A stretch of 28,482 bases of DNA, from assembly GCA_031414075.1 (NCBI GenBank), contig JANOGH010000273.1:1-28482 (forward strand). Direction: 5' to 3'. Numbering within the stretch: position 1 is the first letter of the stretch; every line of letters starts with the position of its first letter. The notes under the pieces were generated by a model. It searched no databases, had not been told where the DNA came from, and saw only the letters and a program-made list of their open reading frames with translations. Made by a program: the position numbers and the translations under genes. Of this stretch, positions 9,031 through 17,300 are shown one piece after another. Origin of the DNA: Betaproteobacteria bacterium (GTDB taxonomy: Bacteria; Pseudomonadota; Gammaproteobacteria; Burkholderiales; JACQAP01).

Positions 9031-10256
9031 GTTTTTTCGCTTACAAGGGCCGCAATGCCTCCGGAGAATTGGTGCGCGGCGTCATGGAGGGGTCGGATAG
9101 CGGCGCCATTGCCGGGCAGTTGTTCAGCGCCGGTATTACGCCGGTCGAAATCGGCGAAACGAACCGCGTGCAGACTTCCTCGGTCAGCGAATATTTCTCG
9201 CGTCTGAAGCAGCAACCGATACGGACTGAGGATCTGCTGTTGTTCAGCCGTCAGATGTACACGTTGCTCAAGGCGGGCGTTCCGATCATGCGTGCCCTCG
9301 GCGGCCTGCAGGAGTCAACCGGCAATCCGACCTTCAGGGAAGTCCTGCGCAGCCTGCGCGAGAATCTCGATAGCGGCCGACCGCTGTCGGTCGGCATGCA
9401 GCGACAGAACGGCGTGTTTTCGCCCTTCTATATCGCCATGGTCTATGTCGGTGAAACGACGGGGCGACTGGAGGAGATTTTCCTGCGCATGTTCAACCAT
9501 CTCGAGTTCCAGGATGCCATGCGCAATCAGGTCAAATCGGCTTTGCGCTACCCCATCTTCGTCGTGGCGGCCATGGCGATCGCCATAGTCATCATCAATC
9601 TTTTCGTCATCCCCGAATTTGCCAAGGTCTACAAGGGTTTCAACGCGGAATTGCCGGCCATCACCAAGCTGCTGATCGGGTTTTCCAACGTGCTGATCGC
9701 CACCTGGCCCATTCTGCTCGGCGGGCTGATCGCCGCTGTCTTCGCGTTCCGCAGCTACACGCGGACCAAGCTCGGCAGATACGCCTGGGATCGGTTCAAG
9801 CTGCGCATCCCCATCGCCGGCAAGATCGTGCTCAAGGCCACCCTGGCGCGATTTTCCCGCAGTTTCTCACTTTCCATGCGCAGCGGCGTACCCGTGGTGC
9901 AAGGCCTGTCGCTGGTTGCGCAGACAGTGGACAATTCTTATGTTGCAGAGAAAGTGGAAAAAATGCGGGAAGGCGTGGAGCGCGGCGAAAGTGTGTTGCG
10001 CACAGCCCAACATGCCGGGATATTTACGCCGGTTGTGATGCAGATGGTCATGGTGGGCGAGGAATCCGGCGCACTTGATGACATGATGGAAGAGGTCGCT
10101 GAAATGTATCAACGCGAAGTCGAATACGAACTGAAGACGCTGGGTTCGCAGATCGAACCGATCCTCATTGTCTGCCTGGGAATTCTGGTCCTGATCCTTG
10201 CACTGGGTGTGTTCCTGCCAATCTGGGATCTGGGCCAGGCGGCCTTGAAGAAGTGA
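9027..10256 (+). CDS. mshG: Inner-membrane platform protein (T2SS F / PilC family), MshG
   Basis: Two T2SSF repeats (FSRQMYTLLKAGVPI; GETTGRLEE; ALRYP; GEESGALD; IEPILI). ATGA overlap with mshE. Confidence 0.92.
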   Translation: MSFFAYKGRNASGELVRGVMEGSDSGAIAGQLFSAGITPVEIGETNRVQTSSVSEYFSRLKQQPIRTEDLLLFSRQMYTLLKAGVPIMRALGGLQESTGNPTFREVLRSLRENLDSGRPLSVGMQRQNGVFSPFYIAMVYVGETTGRLEEIFLRMFNHLEFQDAMRNQVKSALRYPIFVVAAMAIAIVIINLFVIPEFAKVYKGFNAELPAITKLLIGFSNVLIATWPILLGGLIAAVFAFRSYTRTKLGRYAWDRFKLRIPIAGKIVLKATLARFSRSFSLSMRSGVPVVQGLSLVAQTVDNSYVAEKVEKMREGVERGESVLRTAQHAGIFTPVVMQMVMVGEESGALDDMMEEVAEMYQREVEYELKTLGSQIEPILIVCLGILVLILALGVFLPIWDLGQAALKK

Positions 10257-10259
10257 TCG

Positions 10260-10787
10260 ATGTGCAAAGGATCGAGGCACGGGTGTCAGCGCGGTGCAAG
10301 TCAACTGGAACTGGCCGTGAGCATCGCGTTGTTCGCGATCTTCCTGGTCGTGTTCCTGGAGCGGGCGTCCTACTACCAGGAGTACGCGGAAAAGACCGCA
10401 ATGGAAATGACCGTGGCAAACATGCGCACCGGACTGAGGTACAAGATCGCCGACCTGATCATCAACAACAGGCTGTCGGATATACCGACACTGGCAGACG
10501 AAAATCCGGTGAATTGGCTTGCCGGCCAGCCGGAGAACTATCTGGGCGAATTCGATTCGCTGCCCGGAGATGGGACGGTGGGAAAGTGGTACTACGACAC
10601 GCGCAAGCGGGAACTGGTGTACACGGTGAACAATCGGCGCCATTTTGTGCCGTACGGCGCCTCGGATTTCACCGTTCGTTATCAGGCTGCGCGAATTCAG
10701 GGCCCAGCAAACACTTCGGCGCGAACTTCCGGGGTGCAAGTGTGGGTCGAACTGAGGCAGCCACAGGGATACTCATGGTCGCTGTGA
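10260..10787 (+). CDS. MshF-like pilin-fold protein with atypical prepilin N-terminus
   Basis: QRG|ASQLELAVSIALFAIFLVVFLER hydrophobic pilin-like helix. Sits in the mshF position between mshG and the pilins. Name assigned mainly from position. Confidence 0.65.
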   Translation: MCKGSRHGCQRGASQLELAVSIALFAIFLVVFLERASYYQEYAEKTAMEMTVANMRTGLRYKIADLIINNRLSDIPTLADENPVNWLAGQPENYLGEFDSLPGDGTVGKWYYDTRKRELVYTVNNRRHFVPYGASDFTVRYQAARIQGPANTSARTSGVQVWVELRQPQGYSWSL

Positions 10788-10790
10788 AAC

Positions 10791-10806
10791 AGGCACGGAA
10801 CCTGCG
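10791..10806 (+). promoter_or_regulatory. Candidate sigma54 (-24/-12) promoter upstream of the pilin genes
   Basis: AGGCACG-GAAC-CTGCG: GG (10792-93), N10, GC (10804-05), against consensus TGGCACG-N4-TTGC. About 60 nt upstream of the pilin ATG. Confidence 0.55.
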
Positions 10807-10867
10807 GGATGTAGCACCGGGACGCTCCGGCAGGGGACGAAGAGTGCATTCAACAGGAGAAATACGT

Positions 10868-11362
10868 ATGACATCTGACGCGACACACGGAACCAAGCAG
10901 CGCAGCCCCGGCTTCACGCTGATCGAGTTGGTGGTGACCATCAGCATTATCGCGATTCTCGCCGCGGTGGCGCTCCCGCGCTTCATCACACTGCAGACGC
11001 AGGCGAGAATCGCCAAGACCCAGGCGCTCTACGGCGGCTTTCGATCCGCGGCGGTGCTGGCCCATGCCCAGGCGATCGCCACGAATACGGTTACTACGGG
11101 TCCTGCGATCATTTCGATGGAGGCGCAAAACGTGACGATGATCAACGGCTATCCGACCGCCGATCTCGCCGGCATTCAGACCGCTTTGCAAATATCGAAC
11201 CTGACGGAAGACGTCATCATTACGCCCGGCGGCGCCGCAGCGGGCGCCACATTGACCGTGGATGTCAACGGTGGAACGGTGCCGACTTGCCGTGTGAGTT
11301 ATACGTCGCCGATCGTCGGCAGCGGGTCGCCGTTAATATCCGTGACGACGGGCGGTTGCTGA
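10868..11362 (+). CDS. MSHA-type pilin (mshB position)
   Basis: G|[24 protein letters not shown] with E5. AGGAGA RBS before ATG 10868. The ORF track's 10253 start is a spurious extension. Contains NGYPTA, typical of MshA/MshB-like pilins. Confidence 0.85.
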   Translation: MTSDATHGTKQRSPGFTLIELVVTISIIAILAAVALPRFITLQTQARIAKTQALYGGFRSAAVLAHAQAIATNTVTTGPAIISMEAQNVTMINGYPTADLAGIQTALQISNLTEDVIITPGGAAAGATLTVDVNGGTVPTCRVSYTSPIVGSGSPLISVTTGGC

Positions 11363-11434
11363 ATAGTTGGGGCCGAACTTTTCGGAAGTCTGGTGAATTT
11401 GCAAACAGTGTCCATTATTGAAGAGGAGAAGCAA

Positions 11435-11869
11435 ATGCAAGCGAAACAAAGCGGTTTTACCCTGATCGAACTGGTGGTCGTGATCATCATTCTCGGCATC
11501 CTGGCCGCGACCGCGCTGCCGCGGTTCATCAACTTGTCCAATGAGGCCCGCCTTGCCGCGGTTCAGGGCGTGGCTGCAGCGGCGACTTCCGGCTACGCGA
11601 TCAATTTTGGCGCGAAAAAAGCCGGCAATGCCCAAGCCGTGACGATCAACGGCACGCAAGCTGCCATTTGTTCTTCGGCCGCCGCCGCACCGGCTTTGGG
11701 CTCGGTCATGACCGGTGGGTTCCCGGCTGGATATACCGTTGCTGCCGGGACTAGCCTCAGAGACTGCAGTGTTGCACCCGCCAACGACGGCCTGACCGGG
11801 ACGTGCACGGTAACAGATGCTCAGTTGGCGGCCGCTTCAGCGACAGTGACGTACATCTGCGCCCAGTAA
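11435..11869 (+). CDS. mshA: MSHA-type pilin, probable major subunit
   Basis: Short leader MQAKQSG|[24 protein letters not shown]. Strong GAGGAG RBS. Four Cys in the globular part. Followed by a strong hairpin. Which of the two tandem pilins is the major one is inferred. Confidence 0.8.
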   Translation: MQAKQSGFTLIELVVVIIILGILAATALPRFINLSNEARLAAVQGVAAAATSGYAINFGAKKAGNAQAVTINGTQAAICSSAAAAPALGSVMTGGFPAGYTVAAGTSLRDCSVAPANDGLTGTCTVTDAQLAAASATVTYICAQ

Positions 11870-11889
11870 CAAGGCCTGAAGCAATGGCG

Positions 11890-11925
11890 ACTGCGCCCGA
11901 CGCGTTTACGGGCGTCCGGCGCAGT
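11890..11925 (+). terminator. Strong stem-loop after the pilin (terminator/attenuator or mRNA stabiliser)
   Basis: ACTGCGCC-C-GACGC, 8-nt loop, GCGTC-C-GGCGCAGT: 14 positions with one C-C mismatch. Only a weak U-tract follows (GTGTT). Confidence 0.6.
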
Positions 11926-11961
11926 GTGTTCCATGAGCCAGCAAGCGATGGACTGAAGCCC

Positions 11962-12450
11962 ATGCGGGTTCAACGCGGATTTACCTTGGTCGAGTTGATC
12001 GTTGTGCTGATTTTGGTCGGCGTCCTGGCAGTGATTGCCATTCCCAGATTCACGGGTGTCGCGAGTTTCAATACCACGGGATTCACCGATCGCGTCATGG
12101 CGAGCCTGCGCTACGCGCAAAAACAGGCGATCGCCAAACGCCGCAATGTTTGTGTCGCCTTCACTGCCACGACGGTCAGCTTCACCTTCGCCTCCACCGC
12201 CGGTTCAGCTGCCGTATGCAACACCAATCTGACCGGCCCGGCGGGGCAGAACCCGTTTTCGATTACCCCTGAAAGCAGCTCCGTCGTGACCTTTGCGACC
12301 GTGCCGGCCGACGTGACTTTCGATGCACTGGGCCGCCCTATCGTCACGGCGACGGGTTTGCCGCTCGCTGCAGCGCAGGTCATCACAATAAGCGGTGATA
12401 TCTCCAGGGCGTTCAGCGTTGAGCCGGAAACCGGCTATGTCCACACCTGA
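11962..12450 (+). CDS. mshC: Minor pilin MshC (GspH/FimT-like)
   Basis: QRG|FTLVELIVVLILVGVLAV, 'SLRYAQKQAIAKRR', 'VTFDALGRP', 'VEPETGYVH'. Start 11962 preferred; 11884 is possible. Confidence 0.82.
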   Translation: MRVQRGFTLVELIVVLILVGVLAVIAIPRFTGVASFNTTGFTDRVMASLRYAQKQAIAKRRNVCVAFTATTVSFTFASTAGSAAVCNTNLTGPAGQNPFSITPESSSVVTFATVPADVTFDALGRPIVTATGLPLAAAQVITISGDISRAFSVEPETGYVHT

Positions 12451-13042
12451 TCGCGTCGCTCGTCCGGCTTCCAAGGCGTACGCCATTGCGTTTGTACGGC
12501 TTGCCCGTCAGCAAGGCATTTCGCTGATCGAGATGATCATGTTCATCATCATCGTCAGCATCGGCGTCGTCGCCCTGCTGGCGGTGTTCAGCACGACGTC
12601 GCGCAAAAGCGCGGACCCGATGATCCAGAAGCAGATGCTGGCGATTGCCGAGGCGTTGCTGGAAGAAATCGAGAGCAAGCCTTTCACCTATTGCGATCCG
12701 GACGACGCCAATGCCACGACCGCCAGCAGTGCGGCCGGCTGCGCCACACTACCCGAAGCGATGGGGCCGGAAGCAGGCGAAACTCGTTCGGGCGCCACGT
12801 CGTTTGATAACGTCAACGACTATGGCCCAAGCCTCGTCATTTCTCCGATCACCGACGTAGCGGGCAACGCCATTGCCGGGCTCGGCGGGTACGCCGCGAC
12901 CATTACGGTAGCCGCCTCGGCATTGAACGGGATTGCCGCCACGGACGCACTGCAGATCACAGTGACCGTCGCCGGGCCCGGCAACAGTAGCCTTGCCTTG
13001 CAGGGCCACCGCACGCGGTACGCGCCGAACGCCGTGCCATGA
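12437..13042 (+). CDS. mshD: Minor pilin MshD (PilV-like)
   Basis: QQG|ISLIEMIMFII, 'SADPMIQKQMLAIAEALLEEI', 'FDNVNDY', C-terminal 'LQGHRTRY'. Confidence 0.85.
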   Translation: MSTPDRVARPASKAYAIAFVRLARQQGISLIEMIMFIIIVSIGVVALLAVFSTTSRKSADPMIQKQMLAIAEALLEEIESKPFTYCDPDDANATTASSAAGCATLPEAMGPEAGETRSGATSFDNVNDYGPSLVISPITDVAGNAIAGLGGYAATITVAASALNGIAATDALQITVTVAGPGNSSLALQGHRTRYAPNAVP

Positions 13043-13851
13043 GCCCTCTCAATTCCTGCAGGCGGCGCGCCTGCGGCTTCACACTGGTGGAATCCATCGT
13101 GACCATCGTGCTGACGGGCATACTCGCCGGCACGGTGGCGGTGTTCGTCGTGGCGCCGATCAAGGCCTATCAGGATGTCACGCGCCGCGCCGAATTGACC
13201 GATATCGCCGATACGGCGCTGCGCCGGGTTGCTCGCGACGTGCGTGCGGCGCTGCCGAACAGCGTCCGCACCACTGCGGGAACCTGCGACGGCACCTCGA
13301 CCTGCTACATGGAATTCGTGCCGATCAAATCCGCCGGCCGATACCGGGACGGGGGTCCGGGCAATTCGCTCGACTTCACGGCGGCAGCGGACACCTTCGA
13401 AGCCATCGGCCCGGGCGTAGATGTTGCCGCGGGCGATGCGATCGTCATCTACAATTTGGGCATACCCGGTTCGGAGGTTTACGCCGGCAGCGATCGTCGT
13501 ACCGCCACGGCTCCGTTCGGAACGGCGCTGGCGACCACGGGATTCAGCGGCGGCGCCTTTCCGTTTTCATCGCCGGCACGCCGTTTCCATGTGGTGAGTA
13601 CGCCGGTCAGCTACGTTTGCAATGTCGGGGCTGGTCAACTGCAGCGCTACGCAGGCTATGCGTACAGCGCCGGGCAGCCGCAGCCTCCTGCCGGGACGCC
13701 GGCATTGCTGGCCACCAATGTTTCCCGCTGCCGATTTGTCTATCAAACGCTGAGCCAGCTCAATGCGCTGATTACGCTGGAACTGGGGCTGACAAAAGGC
13801 GGGGAAACCGTCAGCCTCGTTTACCAGGCCCATGTCAACAATGCTCCGTAA
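13039..13851 (+). CDS. mshO: Minor pilin MshO (PilW-like)
   Basis: CG|FTLVESIVTIVLTGIL, 'RRAELTDIADTALRRVARDVRAALPNSVR', C-terminal 'GETVSLVYQAHVNNAP'. Confidence 0.88.
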   Translation: MSPLNSCRRRACGFTLVESIVTIVLTGILAGTVAVFVVAPIKAYQDVTRRAELTDIADTALRRVARDVRAALPNSVRTTAGTCDGTSTCYMEFVPIKSAGRYRDGGPGNSLDFTAAADTFEAIGPGVDVAAGDAIVIYNLGIPGSEVYAGSDRRTATAPFGTALATTGFSGGAFPFSSPARRFHVVSTPVSYVCNVGAGQLQRYAGYAYSAGQPQPPAGTPALLATNVSRCRFVYQTLSQLNALITLELGLTKGGETVSLVYQAHVNNAP

Positions 13852-14272
13852 ACGCGTACGCGGCGTATCCATGATTACCGCGATCTTCCTGATCCTGGTG
13901 ATCGCGGTGCTCGGGGCTTATATCGCGAGCGTTGCAACAACACAGCATACGACGGCGACCCTGGACCTTCAGGGCGCGAAAGCCTATAAGGCAGCGTATG
14001 CCGGCATGCAGTGGGGGGTATACCAGACGCTGGGTCCTCCTGGCACATGTGCCGGCAGCACCTCATTTGCACTGACGGGCGCGTTGAGCGGGTTTGCGGT
14101 GACCGTGCAATGCACGGACACGACTTTGCCGCTTGGCTACACGGAAAACGGGGTGACGCGGCACGTCTACCGGATCACGTCGACAGGTTGCAGCCCCAGC
14201 GGCGGTGCCTGCCCCGGCACGCAAGGCGGGTACTACGTCGAGCGCCAGCTCGAGGCGACACTCGACAAATGA
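13841..14272 (+). CDS. mshP: Minor pilin MshP (PilX-like, no Glu5)
   Basis: RG|VSMITAIFLILVIAVLGAY, 'QGAKAYKAAYAGMQWG', 'YVERQL'. Overlaps the mshO stop. Confidence 0.85.
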   Translation: MLRKRVRGVSMITAIFLILVIAVLGAYIASVATTQHTTATLDLQGAKAYKAAYAGMQWGVYQTLGPPGTCAGSTSFALTGALSGFAVTVQCTDTTLPLGYTENGVTRHVYRITSTGCSPSGGACPGTQGGYYVERQLEATLDK

Positions 14273-14358
14273 ATTTACTCATTCAATTGCTACGCAATCG
14301 AGGGCGACATTCAGGACCTTGGGTGATACAACACGTACAAAACGTTGAGATGAATGGC

Positions 14359-17300
14359 ATGCGAAAGATCTTTTCGGTGTTGCTGCTGCTAGTTTGCACG
14401 ACCATGGCCGGAACGGCCTGCGCCCAGATCGCGTTTCGCGCCGCGTCCTCGGCGTCACTCGAGGCAACGACGATCACCCTTCGCGGCGCCGGCGCCGCGG
14501 CGGAAATCAACCCCGCAGCCACCGGCGCCTGCGCCGCCACGCAGTTCATCACCCCGGCCATACCTGCAGGGTCGAACGGCGATCTGCTCGTGGCCTTGGT
14601 GCACAACCGGGACGGCGCCACGCTGACGCCCTCGGGTGCGGCCTGGACTACGCTCCACACGGACGACCAAACAAATCACCGCACGCGGGTCTACTGGCGC
14701 CTCGCCACCGGGACAGACACGCTTACGGTGACCAAGACCGGTACCTGCACAGTGAACGGCGTCATGATCGGACAGGTCGCGCGCTACAACGGGGTGGATT
14801 TCACGCAGCCGTTCGAGGCCACGGTGAGATTCGGATACCAGACCGCCGCCGCGGTCGTGAACCATGCCGGGGGAACCATCAATGCCACGGTGGCGAACTC
14901 GCTGTCGCTGTTCGCGGCCATGGTTTCCGACAACAACACCGTCAATGCCCCGACGCCGGCGACGTTCACCGCGGCATTCAACACGCTGACCGCCACGGGC
15001 AACGATGCGAACATCGCGCTGTTCCACAAGCTGGAGACCACAACCGGCAACAAAGGTCCTTACGCATCCACGATGAGTGCCACCGATCCCAGCACCGGCG
15101 TGTACGCCATCGTGCGCCCGTCCCTGGGCCTGACCATCCCAGTGCCTGCCGGCACTGTCGTCGGGGACGTGATGATCGCGAGCGTCACGGTGCGACCCTG
15201 CAGCAACGCCGCCTTGCCTTGTACGGTGACCGTTGCCGCGCACGCGGACTGGACATTGGTCGGTTCGCAGCTGCAGCCCGCCGGCGGGGGTACGGGCGGC
15301 AACGGGAATCAGTTGTTCGTCTACCGGCGTGTGGTCACCGGCACAGAGCCGGCCGCCTATACCTGGACCTTCGGCGGCGCCCCGGTGCAGGCGGGAGCGG
15401 CGGGCGGCATTCTGAGCTTTTCCGGCGTGGATACCGCGAGTCCGATCGTGGCCCAGCTCGGGGCGCTGACGGCATCCGCCAGCAGCCACACGGCGCCGCA
15501 AATTGATACCGGCCTCGTCGCCAACACCATGCTCGTGAGCACGCACGCTTCCAATTCCTCGACCACCTGGTTGTTTCCGGGGGGCATGACGGAGCGCGTC
15601 GATGAGGCTTCTCTCGTGCCGACCAACGATCTTGGCCTTTCCATCGAGATGAATACGGAGCTGCGGGCGGCGGCGGGCCTGACCGGGACACGCCAGGCAA
15701 CCTACACGACGCCTGGCACGCCTGCGAACGATACGGGCGCTACGCACATGCTGGCGCTTCGCCCGGCGGTCCCCGTGAATCACTACGCGATCTCGGTGCT
15801 CAGCACGACGGTCGTGAACTGCGACTACGCCCAGGTCACGATTACCGCGCACAACGCCGCGCACGCCGCGGTTAATCCGCCCTCGATCCGTACCGTCACG
15901 CTCTCCGTGTCGGCCGGTGCCGCGACCGCCGCCTGGCAGCCGACGCTGGTAGTGGGTACCGGCGGGTGGACGCCGGCCGGCGCGACCGCCACGTACCTGT
16001 GGCCGGGCAACGAATCGAGCTTCACGGTGCGGCTGCGCCAGAGCGCGGTGACCAGCCTCACAGTGAACGCCAATGACACATTCGTCACCGAGGCTCTGGC
16101 CGAGGATCCGACGATCAGTTTCGTCAACTCAGTGTTTCGCATCTCGAACGGCGCTAATGCCGCCCTGTCCATCGGCACGCAGATCGCCGGCAAGCCCTCG
16201 AACACCGGAGTGGGCACGCAATCGCTGTTCCTGCAGGCAATCCGGACCGACACAGTGACCGGGGCCTGCACGAGCATTTTTCCTAGCGGCTCGGAGGTCG
16301 ACATCGGCGTCGGCGCGCAATGCAACAGCCCGGCCAGCTGCACGCAGAACGTAACGCTGACGACGACTTCCGGTACAGGTTCACCGACCGGCAGCTTCGT
16401 CCCGGCTGGCGCGGGCACTTATCCGGTGACGATCCGCTTCCGTTTCTCCACCGCGAATGCGGAAGCGCCATTCTTCTTCGGATACGCCGACGCCGGCCAG
16501 ATCACATTGCAGTTCCGGCATATCACTGCCGCACCCGCGGTGACGATCGCCGGTACGAGCAACGCTTTCGCGACGCGGCCGTTCGGCTTTGCGTTTCGCG
16601 GCGCGATTGCGGCCACCTCGATCCAGCACGGCACGCTACCCTCGAGCGCGCTGCTCGCTGCGGCAGGTGACCCCTTCACGATGACGGTCGGCGCCTACCT
16701 CTGGGCCGCCGCGGAAGACGACGGCACCGGCAACCCGCTGCCGGGCGCCAATATTACCGACAACGGCCTGACGCCCAACTTCGCCTCCGCAACCACCGTG
16801 AGTGCGAGCGCCAATCTGCCCGGCGTTGCGCTTGGCGCAGTCTCGCGCGGTGCGGCCTGTGCAAATCCCGCAACCATCGCCGCGGGAAGTTTTGCCGGTG
16901 GATCGGCGACCGTCAACGACTGGTGCTATAGCGAAGCCGGCAACGCGTTTCTCACGGCAGCTTCCAACAACTACATTTCGGCAGGGGCCAACATCACCGG
17001 CAACAGCGGGCTGGACGGTACGGGAGCCGCGGGGGGCTACGTCGGCCGCTTCCGACCCAAGAATTTCGTCCTCAGTGGACTTCCGACCCTGACCAACCGC
17101 TCCGCGGCGACTTGCGCGCCCGCGTCGGCTTTTACCTACATGAACGAGGGACTGGATGTTGCGTTCACGCTGGTCGCGCGGAATACGCAAGGCGCGACGA
17201 CGCAGAACTACGACGGACTCTATGCCAAGCTCGGCATTGGGACGTTTGCGAACTTCAATTTCGGGGCGAGGAGCGGCGCGACCGATCTCATCGCTCGTGT

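Noticed and set aside
10253-10867. N-terminal extension making the first pilin a 369-aa fusion protein
   Set aside because: It overlaps the MshF-like gene in another frame. A clear RBS and prepilin leader exist at 10868.
11385-11404. Second sigma54 site before mshA (TGG...TTGCA)
   Set aside because: GG-to-GC spacing is 7 nt, not the required 10.
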